The notes under the pieces are model-generated. The model had not been told where the DNA came from. It saw only the letters and a program-made list of their open reading frames with translations, and did not search any database. From positions 84,110 to 148,109 of the forward strand of contig CABUID010000001.1 in the NCBI GenBank assembly GCA_902491575.1: DNA of 64,000 bases. Direction: 5' to 3'. The stretch is from an uncultured Bacillota bacterium. GTDB lineage: Bacteria > Bacillota_I > Bacilli_A > RFN20 > CAG-631. The first letter of the stretch is position 1; the number at the start of each line of letters is the position of its first letter. Below are positions 1 through 8,593 of the stretch, in pieces. The position numbers and the translations under genes are program-made.

Positions 1-1445
1 ATTTCATTTTGAGGATCTTTTGATTGATTATAATTAGTTAATTCTTCTTTCTTAGATTCTATTTTTTCTAAGATTTCATAATACTTGTCTTCAAAGTCGT
101 TGTTAGATAACAATCCTTCTAGTTTCATATCAAGTAATTTTGATTTTTTAGATTCTAGATGTGCTATCTCTTTTTCTACTTTTTCGATTTTCTTAACGAT
201 ATTATCTTCCATTAATGTGTCGTCAAGTTTAGCAAGAAAACTTTCAAGGACATCTTTATCATTAACTCTAATAAGGTTATAAGCATCTAAGAATGCTTTT
301 TGCAATAAATCTTCTTCTATCCCTTTACTATGAGGACAAGTCTTTTTACCACCTTTGGTAGAACTTACACATTGCCATATATTCTTAGAATAATTCTTGC
401 CAGAATTCCAATGTCTTCTAGTTAGAGTTCTACCACAAAATCCACATTTAATCATACAACTAAAAGTAAATTTACGCGTGTATTTTTCTCTAGTAACATT
501 AGAATCAATTCTTCTTGGTTTGCCTCTTCTTTTTAAAATTTCTTGAGCCGACTCAAATACTTCTCTAGAAATAATTGGCTCCTGATAATTTCTAATATAG
601 AATTGGTCTTCTTCACCAAAGTTAGCAAGTCATCTTTTAGATATAGGGTCTAATGTAAAAGTTTTTCCTTGTAGTAAATCACCAACATACTTTTCATTTT
701 TAATAATGCCAATGACTGTACTTTCTCTCCATCTTGATTAACCATATCTTGTCTTGTGTCCTAGTTGCTCAAGTTCTCTTCCAATTACTTTACAACCAGC
801 ACCTTCAACATACCTTTTAAAGATATATCTTACTATTTCTGCTTCATTTTCATTAATGGAAATTGATTTGGTCACAGGGGCATAATCATATCCTAAACAA
901 CTTTGAAATCCTACAAGTTCTCTTCATTGCATTTTCATCTTAAGTCCTTTTTTAACATTTGCAGAAATGTTTTGAACTTCTTGCTGTGCAACCGAACTTA
1001 ATATCGTTAGTAATAACTCTCCATCCATTGATAATGTACTAATATTTTCTTCTTCAAAAAATACTGCAACATTATAATCTTTTAACTTTCTAACATAGTT
1101 AAGTGTGTCGACTGTGTTTCTAGCAAATCGAGAAATTGATTTAGTAATTACCATATCAATTTTACCATTTAAAAAATCATTAATAAGTCTTTGGAATTCT
1201 TCTCTTTTACTAACTTGAGTTCCTGTGATTCCTTCATCGGCATAAATACCAACCTGTGTCCATTCAGATTTTAAATTAACAGAATCTGTATAATGTTGTA
1301 CTTGTGAACGATACCTATTTAGTTGATCTTCACTATCAGTACTTACTCGGCAATAAGCTGCAACTTTTAATCTTTTATCAACTGAAATTGATTTTCTTCT
1401 ATCAATTAAATTAGTGCTAGCTTTAATAACTTCAACTTTATTCAT
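1..1445 (-). pseudogene. Large serine recombinase (resolvase/invertase N-terminal domain plus recombinase and zinc-ribbon C-terminal part), disrupted by three in-frame stop codons; runs off the window start
   Basis: ORF 924..1445 has the resolvase catalytic motif (AAYCRVSTDSEDQ). Manual translation of the minus strand below 924 stays in the same frame with recombinase-like sequence (YVGDLLQGKT, DPISKR, Cys-rich CGFCGRTL...C..H zinc-ribbon, coiled-coil tail). In-frame TGA at 926-924, TAA at 740-738 and TGA at 632-630, with no frameshift. Confidence 0.75.
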
Positions 1446-1514
1446 TTACTTTTCCTCCTAAGTGAAAGTTATTATCCTCGCTAGTTTAATTATAACATAG
1501 TGGATATGTCGACA

Positions 1515-1889
1515 TCAAATCATTAACTCCGAAGTGACACCATATTGATTCATGATTTTTGTTTTAATCTTTTCATAAGCTGCATCACTAATTAATTTGT
1601 TATTTTTAAGTTTAGTAAGCATACCAAGTTCAGTTGAATAATTTAATAATTTCTTTAATCTTTCATCACCACATTCAACTCTTAAAGTTAATATAGCGTA
1701 ATCAATACATTTAATAATCTTTCCAAAAGTTATTGTAAAACTATTTAATATTCTTCTTTCTTCTATAAAGCCCCCCTTCTTTAAATAATTGTCACTTGTG
1801 ACAGTTTTGTAAAACCATCGAAACGGGTATTCCGTTTGCGAAACCTTCACTGGGAATATTTTCCTTATGCTCTTGCTAAAGATAGACAA
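1515..1889 (-). CDS. Hypothetical protein (124 aa) between the recombinase and the DUF4143 ATPase. The N-terminal extent is uncertain because repeat copy A lies inside the ORF.
   Basis: Six-frame ORF with no recognised domain. Located within a mobile-element-like context. Confidence 0.35.
   Translation of the reverse strand: MSIFSKSIRKIFPVKVSQTEYPFRWFYKTVTSDNYLKKGGFIEERRILNSFTITFGKIIKCIDYAILTLRVECGDERLKKLLNYSTELGMLTKLKNNKLISDAAYEKIKTKIMNQYGVTSELMI
1787..1816. repeat. Copy A of a ~25-bp repeated motif (gtCACTTGTGACAgTTTTGTAAAAcc). It contains the palindromes GTCACttGTGAC and GTTTTgtAAAAC.
   Basis: Direct comparison with copies at 2058-2088 and 2126-2160, sharing the core CTTGTGACA-N-TTTTGTAA. 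Confidence 0.6.
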
Positions 1890-2057
1890 CTAATTAATTT
1901 TTAATTAAAATAATTTTAAATTTTTAATGGTTTAAAATAATCTTTAAGAGGTAATAAAAATTACCTTTTAGAGAGTATTATTAACCTTATATTATATTTC
2001 TACAAACTTCTTACTTAAAATAATATATAATATAGTAATCTTTTTCTTTTTATTTTT

Positions 2058-2088
2058 TTGTAACTTGTGACACTTTTGTAAAGTGTTA
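2058..2088. promoter_or_regulatory. Copy B of the repeated motif (TTGTAACTTGTGACACTTTTGTAAAGTG). It lies immediately upstream of the -35 element and includes the dyad CACTTT-tgta-AAGTG. It is a putative operator.
   Basis: Identical at 25/26 positions to copy C. It abuts the -35 TTGATT at 2092-2097. Confidence 0.55.
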
Positions 2089-2091
2089 TAT

Positions 2092-2120
2092 TTGATTTTT
2101 AAGGTATTGTTTGGTATAAT
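2092..2120 (+). promoter_or_regulatory. Sigma-A type promoter of the DUF4143 ATPase gene: -35 TTGATT (2092-2097), 17-bp spacer, TG-extended -10 TGGTATAAT (2112-2120).
   Basis: Near-consensus hexamers with optimal spacing, ~45 bp upstream of the ATG at 2168. Confidence 0.6.
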
Positions 2121-2125
2121 ATTTC

Positions 2126-2160
2126 GTAAAGTGTAACTTGTGACACTTTTGTAAGGTGAG
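2126..2160. promoter_or_regulatory. Copy C of the repeated motif (GTAAAGTGTAACTTGTGACACTTTTGTAAGGTGAG). It covers the predicted +1 through the RBS. It contains the inverted repeat AAAGTG-N10-CACTTT and is a putative operator.
   Basis: Same core as copies A and B. It is positioned between the -10 element and the start codon of the 2168 gene. Confidence 0.55.
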
Positions 2161-2167
2161 GTAAACT

Positions 2168-3421
2168 ATGATAATTAAAAGAGATTTATATTTAAACAAA
2201 TTGATTGAACGAAAGCATAATGGTTTAATCAAAGTAATTACTGGGATTCGTAGATGTGGAAAATCTTTTCTTTTATTTAAACTTTTTAAAAATCATTTAC
2301 TATCTGAAGGTGTAAAAGAAGATCACATCATAGAACTTAACTTTGATGATTTTGATAATGAAGAATACCAAAATCCAAAAGTCACTTCTCCTTATTTAAA
2401 AGGTAAAGTAGTTGATTCAGATATGTATTATTTTTTATTAGATGAAATTCAACTTCTTGGTAAATTCGAAGCAGTTTTAAATGGTTTATTAAGACTTGAT
2501 AACGTTGATATCTATGTTACTGGAAGTAATGCTAAATTTTTATCTAAAGATGTAATAACAGAATTTAGAGGACGTGGTGATCAAGTTCATATTTATCCAC
2601 TTTCTTTTAAAGAATTCTTTGAAGCAAGAAATATTGATAGAATGGCTGCTCTTGAAGAATACTTAACATATGGTGGGATTCCTTTGATTTTATCAATGCA
2701 AACACATGAAGCTAAGTCTAACTTTTTACATAACCTTTTTATAGAAACTTACTTAAAAGATATCATCAATAGAAACAATTTAACCAACAATGATGAATTA
2801 AAAGAATTGGTAAATATTGTTTCTTCTTCTATTGGTTCATTAACAAACCCAACTAAACTATCTAACACCTTTAAAAGTGTTAAAAACGTTAACTTGTCTG
2901 TTCCAACAATCAGCAAATACTTAGAACATTTAACTGATTCATTTTTAATCCATAAGGCAATTCGTTACAACATTAAGGGTAGAAAATATATTGATACTCC
3001 AAGTAAATATTATTTTTCAGATCTTGGCATTAGAAATGCTTCTATTAACTTCCGTCAAAACGAAAAAACTCATTTAATGGAAAACTTAATTTATAACGAA
3101 TTATTAATTAGAGGATATAATGTAGATGTCGGTGAAGTTCCTATAGTTATTAGAGATGAAAACAAAACCCAAATTAGAAAAACATTAGAAGTTGATTTTG
3201 TATGTAACCTAATTGATAAACGATTATATATTCAATCAGCATATTCATTATATGATGAAGAAAAATACATTCAAGAAACACGTTCTCTTTTAAACATTCA
3301 AGATAATTTTAGAAAGATAATTATCACATATGATTATGGTCGTAAGCATTATACTAATGAGGGTATTATTATCATGAGTATATTTGATTTCTTACTTGAT
3401 CCTGATTCATTAAATTATTAG
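2168..3421 (+). CDS. AAA+ ATPase of the DUF4143/COG1373 family (ATP-binding protein)
   Basis: Walker A GIRRCGKSF near the N-terminus and Walker B-like LLDEIQ. Length 417 aa with a C-terminal DUF4143-like region. The RBS AGGTGAGG precedes the ATG. Confidence 0.75.
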   Translation: MIIKRDLYLNKLIERKHNGLIKVITGIRRCGKSFLLFKLFKNHLLSEGVKEDHIIELNFDDFDNEEYQNPKVTSPYLKGKVVDSDMYYFLLDEIQLLGKFEAVLNGLLRLDNVDIYVTGSNAKFLSKDVITEFRGRGDQVHIYPLSFKEFFEARNIDRMAALEEYLTYGGIPLILSMQTHEAKSNFLHNLFIETYLKDIINRNNLTNNDELKELVNIVSSSIGSLTNPTKLSNTFKSVKNVNLSVPTISKYLEHLTDSFLIHKAIRYNIKGRKYIDTPSKYYFSDLGIRNASINFRQNEKTHLMENLIYNELLIRGYNVDVGEVPIVIRDENKTQIRKTLEVDFVCNLIDKRLYIQSAYSLYDEEKYIQETRSLLNIQDNFRKIIITYDYGRKHYTNEGIIIMSIFDFLLDPDSLNY

Positions 3422-3449
3422 TCTATTCGTAAGAATAGGCTTTTTATTT
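3421..3449 (+). terminator. Rho-independent terminator after the ATPase gene (GTCTATTC-gtaa-GAATAGGC followed by TTTTTATTT)
   Basis: Hairpin plus T-run directly after the stop codon. Confidence 0.55.
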
Positions 3450-3496
3450 ACTCTAATTCTTACATTTCAGCTTCTAATTCTTCTTTAGAAATTAAT

Positions 3497-4328
3497 CCTT
3501 CTTATTAAGTTCAGCTTCCTTCATCTTCCACCTATATTCTAAAAATACTTCATATGCTTCTTCATCAACTTGTTGAACTAATTCAATCGATTTACTTAGC
3601 AAATAACTCATTTGATTTAACTCTTGCTTTCTTCTAAAGTTTTCATTTCTAATATGTTGTAAATCCTCATATGCTTTATCACGTTCATCAATTACTTTTT
3701 TAATAATAGCATTACCTAGTCTTCTATAAGGTATTAGGATCTTCGTAATATTTATTACATCTAATTTCGATAATATATTATAACATATTTATAACACTTT
3801 TACCAATTAATCGAAACTCATTTAAAACTTTGTTTATATTAATCATTTTAATAGATAAAAGGTACCAACTAAATAAATTTAATTTTTATTCTTTTTAATT
3901 TTAAATTTTAAAACATACTTAATACATTTTTCAAATTATCTTTTTAAGTTTTGAGAGTCATCTATGATTAGCAACACTTTTTCCTCTAAAAATATCGGTA
4001 AATCAAAACAATTATCGTCACAATTAACAAATTTATATACTGTCCATCCTATTTTGTATAAATCATAGGCAACTTGGTAAATTGAAATAGACTTCCCTGA
4101 ACCAGCCTCACCATTAACAAAGCAATAGGTTACATCAGATATTCTTTTTTTTATTTCTTCTACATGCAATAATCTAGGACAAGATTCTACGTCGATATAG
4201 TTAGTCTGTATCCCCTAATTGCGTGAGTTATATCCCTTTGGTTTGAAAAATCAATCTTTTCCCAATTATTAAAATCAGGATTATAGCAAGGAAAAATTGA
4301 TTTTTTTTCTTTAATTGTTGGATTTTGT
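3497..4328 (-). pseudogene. Degraded P-loop ATPase remnant (Walker A GEAGSGKS and Walker B LLIIDD in ORF 3936..4169). Frameshifted flanks still have protein-like translations.
   Basis: The 77-aa ORF carries both Walker motifs but is far too short. Manual translation of 4170-4328 and 3497-3735 on the minus strand gives protein-like sequence in other frames (e.g. ...RLGNAIIKKVIDERDKAYEDLQHIRNENFRRKQELNQ...). Confidence 0.45.
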
Positions 4329-4661
4329 TTAAAATTTATTCACTCTTTTAGAGGCTTTATCATGAAAGAATCTAATATTATTTGTATCGAAATTGAAATT
4401 ATTTTTACCAGTATTGCAACTAGGGCAACTCACATTATAATTTTCTATTGAATCTAAGATGAATCCATTTTTTTCTAATTCATCAACATAATCATTAAAC
4501 TCTGGATCGTTTGATTTTTTTGCTTTAGATGCTAATATATGATCAATATGCATATTATTAGGTTGAATTAGTCTTCCACAATAAGTACACTTCTTTCTAT
4601 TAATCAAATACATAGCTTCTCTTAAATATGAATCGTTTTTATTATAACTATGATATTCCAT
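4329..4661 (-). CDS. HNH endonuclease (small, 110 aa)
   Basis: C-x2-C ... HIDH ... N ... C-x2-C arrangement (CTYCGRLIQPNNMHIDHILA...CPSCN) typical of HNH nucleases. Confidence 0.65.
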   Translation of the reverse strand: MEYHSYNKNDSYLREAMYLINRKKCTYCGRLIQPNNMHIDHILASKAKKSNDPEFNDYVDELEKNGFILDSIENYNVSCPSCNTGKNNFNFDTNNIRFFHDKASKRVNKF

Positions 4662-4942
4662 AACATCACCTACATCTTCTATCTGATTCTTATATTAATC
4701 AACATTATGCTATCATTTTCTGTTAAAAATAAAAATTACTATCTAAAAAGTAAAATAGTAGTTTTACGAACTTGGTTAATATTATACTATTTACTAATCT
4801 AACATATCTCCACACTCTAGGTTTATTACTAGTCGTACTTGAAGATAGTCTTTCAAGACCTTTTCTTTATAACCATCATCATCTATATTAAAGACAAAAT
4901 GCTTATAAAATAGGTCAAAACACATAATTTCTGTGTATTTTT

Positions 4943-6280
4943 CTACTTTTTTGCTTCTTTTAGATATAGCAACACTATTGTCTCCACATGAAAAGATTGA
5001 GGAAACATATCAAAAGGGTAAACATCTTGAAAAGTGTAGCCCTTATTTACTAAAAACGATACATCACGTACTTGTGTTTCAGGATTACAAGATATATAAA
5101 CAATTCTCTTTGGCTTAAATCTTATTAAAGATTGTAAAAAAGATTCAGAGCATCCTTTTCTTGGGGGATCAATAAAAACTACATCTATTTTTTCACCATC
5201 ATATTTCCTCATAAAATCTTGTGCATCAGCGCAATAAAAATGACAATTTTCGATGTGATTTATTTTTGCATTCATTTTTGCATCTTTAATGGCATCCTCA
5301 ATAATTTCAACTCCATAAACATTTTTTGCTTTCAAAGAAGCAATCATACCAATAGTGCCAATTCCACAATATGCATCCAAAATATTTTCTTTCCCGGTCA
5401 AATTGGCTAACTCAATCGCTTTTTTATATAGTTTTTCACATTGTTGCTTGTTTATTTGGTAAAAAGATTTTGGAGAAATTTTAAACGTAATATTACATAA
5501 GGTATCTACAATATAACCTTTTCCATATAATACATTTTCTTTATCACCCAAAATAACATTTGTATGACGAGGATTAATATTTTGTACAATCGTTGTAATT
5601 TCAGGTAATTTTTTTCGAATCGATAAAATAAAATTATTTCTGCCTGGAAACGAGTTGACATTTGTAATTAAAACTAACATAGTTTCTTTTTCAGCACGAC
5701 GTATTAAGATATGACGAAGAATGCCAGTTCTTAAATCTTCATTATAAGGTTCAATTTTATTTTCCTTCATTGCTTGTAAAATATTCTTAATGATTTTATT
5801 GGATAAATCATCTTGAACATAACAATAATCAAAAGGAACAACATCATGACTATCTTCTTTATAGAAACCAGCAATGATGTTTTTTCCTTTTTTTTGAACA
5901 GGGACTTGAACTTTATTACGATAAAAATAAGGAACTTCTTGACCAATACAAGGATGAACATTTACTTCAAATTCTGCGTTCTTATAAAGTTTTTTGACGA
6001 CATTCGTTTTAAAATCGAGTTGTCCTTGATAAGTCATGTGAGATAAATGACAACCACCACATAAAGTATAAACAGAGCATTTTGGTTGACAACGATAACG
6101 AGATGGCTTATAAATTTCGTGAATACTTGCAAAAATATTTCGTTTTCCTTCATATTCAATATTGACGTTTATTTCTTCATTTTCAAGAGCATACATGACA
6201 TACATTGGTTTTTTTTCAACATGTGTCACTCCGACACCATCTTTTGTTAGATGATCAATCACAATATTCATCGTTTTCAT
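4943..6280 (-). CDS. rlmD: 23S rRNA (uracil-C5)-methyltransferase RlmD/RumA (TRAM domain, Fe-S cysteines, SAM-dependent MTase)
   Basis: Cys cluster C-x5-C-x2-C..C (CQPKCSVYTLCGGCHL), SAM motif DAYCGIGTIG, C-terminal catalytic region VYISCNP. Length 445 aa. Confidence 0.88.
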   Translation of the reverse strand: MKTMNIVIDHLTKDGVGVTHVEKKPMYVMYALENEEINVNIEYEGKRNIFASIHEIYKPSRYRCQPKCSVYTLCGGCHLSHMTYQGQLDFKTNVVKKLYKNAEFEVNVHPCIGQEVPYFYRNKVQVPVQKKGKNIIAGFYKEDSHDVVPFDYCYVQDDLSNKIIKNILQAMKENKIEPYNEDLRTGILRHILIRRAEKETMLVLITNVNSFPGRNNFILSIRKKLPEITTIVQNINPRHTNVILGDKENVLYGKGYIVDTLCNITFKISPKSFYQINKQQCEKLYKKAIELANLTGKENILDAYCGIGTIGMIASLKAKNVYGVEIIEDAIKDAKMNAKINHIENCHFYCADAQDFMRKYDGEKIDVVFIDPPRKGCSESFLQSLIRFKPKRIVYISCNPETQVRDVSFLVNKGYTFQDVYPFDMFPQSFHVETIVLLYLKEAKK

Positions 6281-6390
6281 ACTTCATCACCAAAGATATT
6301 ATACACGAATTTGGTAGCAGATGCCATTTATTCCCATTCAAAATAAAAGATTTATTTGTTATTATTAGAAAAAATTTTAGGAGGTGAAAA

Positions 6391-7131
6391 ATGAAAACGA
6401 GTAAAAGTGGAATAATGATAGGTATTTTATGTGGTTTATTAACAGGATGTAATTCTACCCACACACCTACAGAAAGTAATGAATTATCCTCCGTAAATAG
6501 CGAAAGTTTAATTTTTAGTGAAAGTAATTCTTATACAAATAGTGAAAGTTTAACGAAAAGTAGTGAAGAAAACGAAACAGAAAATCAATATATTTCCTTT
6601 AACGAGAATATTAAACTTTACATTAATCCAAGCGTTCAATATACCAATCCATATGCGTCAAATTTAGGAAATGAAGGACAACGTATGAATGAAATCTCTC
6701 TTCTTTTGACTCAAAGGATTAAAGAGTATACGAATATAGAAGTTTATGCGAACAATGCCCTTCCAGGACTTTCACTTTCTAACTCTGTAAAAGAAAGTAA
6801 TCAATTGAAAGTGAATTATCACTTAGCTTTGCATAGTAATGCAGGAGGCGGGATAGGATCAGAGGGATGGTACACACAAACATCTTATTCTTTTGCAAAA
6901 AGTATTATTGATTCCCTTCAAGACGTTTTGCCTTATCCTACAAGAGGATTAAAAAATGGTGAAAAAACTTTATATGAATTAAAATCCACCTATGCATCAG
7001 CATGTTTAATTGAAATACTCTTTCATGATGATGTAAAACAAGCACAATTTCTTGTTACACAACAAGAAAAAATTGCTAGCGCTATTTATCAAGGAATCAT
7101 TGCCTATTTTATAGAAAAATATAATGGATAA
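6391..7131 (+). CDS. N-acetylmuramoyl-L-alanine amidase (Amidase_3 family) lipoprotein
   Basis: Lipoprotein signal MKTSKSGIMIGILCGLLTGC. Amidase_3 motifs LALHSNAGGG and EILFHDD. RBS GGAGGTG. Confidence 0.78.
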   Translation: MKTSKSGIMIGILCGLLTGCNSTHTPTESNELSSVNSESLIFSESNSYTNSESLTKSSEENETENQYISFNENIKLYINPSVQYTNPYASNLGNEGQRMNEISLLLTQRIKEYTNIEVYANNALPGLSLSNSVKESNQLKVNYHLALHSNAGGGIGSEGWYTQTSYSFAKSIIDSLQDVLPYPTRGLKNGEKTLYELKSTYASACLIEILFHDDVKQAQFLVTQQEKIASAIYQGIIAYFIEKYNG

Positions 7132-7135
7132 AAAT

Positions 7136-7183
7136 AAAAGATAGAAACAAATCAATTCACTCGTTTCTATCTTTTATTTTTAT
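7136..7183. terminator. Bidirectional rho-independent terminator (13-bp stem AAAAGATAGAAAC/GTTTCTATCTTTT) between convergent genes
   Basis: Perfect 13-bp inverted repeat flanked by A/T runs on both sides. Confidence 0.7.
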
Positions 7184-7191
7184 AAAAAGAC

Positions 7192-7614
7192 TTATAGATT
7201 ACATTTAGAAGCATTTCCTTCAGGTCCAAAGAAACAATGATTTTTATACTTTCCGATAAGTGGACCAAAAAACGTATTTGGACAAGGATTTCCTTTGCCA
7301 GGGTTTTTAAAGAAAAGTGCACGTGTTGCCGGCCATTTTGTATAATAATCTAAGCATTTTTTAGCCAGGTTTTTTTCTTTTTGAGTAGGAGAACTTTGAA
7401 ATAAAGGTTTACCTACACCATCAAATTGTCCTTTTTGATAAACTACCTTCGATATCGTATCAACATTCTTAAAAGGACCACATTGTGCGATTGCACGATT
7501 TACAACGACATTACCTACAAGAAGCATACCCGTTTCACCTTCACCTAAGGCTTCAGCTCGCATAATTCTTGCTAGTAAAACAATATCTGAATTGATATAT
7601 TTGATTCTTGCCAT
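7192..7614 (-). CDS. Cell wall hydrolase, SleB/CwlJ-like (Hydrolase_2 domain)
   Basis: N-terminal ARIMRAEALGEGETGMLLVGNVVVNR motif characteristic of the SleB-type cell wall hydrolase domain. Confidence 0.72.
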   Translation of the reverse strand: MARIKYINSDIVLLARIMRAEALGEGETGMLLVGNVVVNRAIAQCGPFKNVDTISKVVYQKGQFDGVGKPLFQSSPTQKEKNLAKKCLDYYTKWPATRALFFKNPGKGNPCPNTFFGPLIGKYKNHCFFGPEGNASKCNL

Positions 7615-7673
7615 ATTCTCACCATTACATTATATGAAAAAAACGAATAAAGCATGAATTGTTTTTTTATACT

Positions 7674-8366
7674 TTAAGAGTAAAGTTGAAATAAGATAAT
7701 ATTCACCATATTTTCGAAAGCGATATCTTTATCAAATGAATAGGTTTCTATTGATTTTAAATGAGTAGGATTTTTTGAAAAAAGTAAAGAAAGTGAATCA
7801 TTAAAACTTTCTTTTATTTTTAAGATATCATTCGATTTGCCATAATAAACATTTATTAAATTTCGATTTGGATAATTTGCAAGATAATTCTTTAAAGATG
7901 AAAAAGAAACCATATGAATGGTGAAAAAAGCCCCCATTGTGGATCGGATAAGATGAATATCATACAAATCTATATTACAATCAATCAATACTAAATTTTC
8001 AAAATTAAAACCTCTCATAGAGCGAATAATAGTTCCTATTTGACCCACATCATTGATATGTGATAGAAGAATGTGTGGTTTATGACTTAAAGATTGTTCA
8101 TATTTTTTAAAAACACCAATAACAAAAATATTACCTTTATCTTTAATTTTTTCTATAAGTTCATCATCAATAAGAATTTCAATGGAAGTATTTTCGCATA
8201 ATTTAAGAATTTGATCATAAGCATCATTTTTACAAAAAGAAGAATCAATCAGAATGGCTAAGCATTTTTCTTTTTGATTTTTTAATAATTCAATCGTTCC
8301 AAAAGCACCAAAAACATAACTATAAGGCAATTGAAAGTGATAACGTTCAAATTTCATATTAAACAC
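7674..8366 (-). CDS. TrmH/SpoU family RNA 2'-O-methyltransferase
   Basis: SpoU motifs (NDVGQIGTIIRSMRGFNF; LIRSTMGAFF), ~230 aa. Confidence 0.65.
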   Translation of the reverse strand: MFNMKFERYHFQLPYSYVFGAFGTIELLKNQKEKCLAILIDSSFCKNDAYDQILKLCENTSIEILIDDELIEKIKDKGNIFVIGVFKKYEQSLSHKPHILLSHINDVGQIGTIIRSMRGFNFENLVLIDCNIDLYDIHLIRSTMGAFFTIHMVSFSSLKNYLANYPNRNLINVYYGKSNDILKIKESFNDSLSLLFSKNPTHLKSIETYSFDKDIAFENMVNIILFQLYS

Positions 8367-8580
8367 AAGAATATCCTAAAGCATTAATTTTATCTTTTAT
8401 TTCTAAAAGAGATATTTTTCTTTCATCAAAGGATACTTTAGCAAGTTTTTCATTTAAAGTCATTTCGATTTTAACTTGATACTTTTTTAATTCTTCTTGA
8501 ATGCGGATAATACAATGTTCACATTTAACTCCCTCAATGAATATCGTTTCCTCTTTTTGATTTAAGTTAAAAAAACGCAC
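8359..8580 (-). CDS. Heavy-metal-associated (HMA) domain protein, CopZ-like metallochaperone
   Basis: 73 aa, GVKCEHC metal-binding motif near the N-terminus. Overlaps the downstream TrmH start by 8 nt. Confidence 0.68.
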   Translation of the reverse strand: MRFFNLNQKEETIFIEGVKCEHCIIRIQEELKKYQVKIEMTLNEKLAKVSFDERKISLLEIKDKINALGYSCV

Positions 8581-8593
8581 GATATTTTCCTCC

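Noticed and set aside
85-282. 65-aa plus-strand ORF at the window start
   Set aside because: Lies antisense within the recombinase coding region. Low-complexity S/L-rich translation with no RBS.
624-926. Possibility that the in-frame TGA codons in the recombinase mean the organism uses genetic code 4 (TGA=Trp)
   Set aside because: Long intact genes contain no internal TGA and encode Trp with TGG (e.g. GWRNY in glcK at ~17665; many W in the 2561-aa protein). The recombinase also contains an in-frame TAA, which is a stop in every bacterial code.
4662-4942. Possible terminator or att site between the HNH gene and rlmD
   Set aside because: Only a short GTCTT-tc-AAGAC palindrome with a 2-nt loop is present. 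There is no convincing hairpin plus U-run for rlmD and no repeat I could match to another position in the window.
4933-6464. Several 60-77 aa ORFs (4933-5118, 5219-5410, 5767-5961, 5813-6046, 6205-6387, 6255-6464) overlapping rlmD
   Set aside because: All are nested in or antisense to the well-supported rlmD gene, with AT-rich low-complexity translations (I/F/K/N-rich) and no start context.
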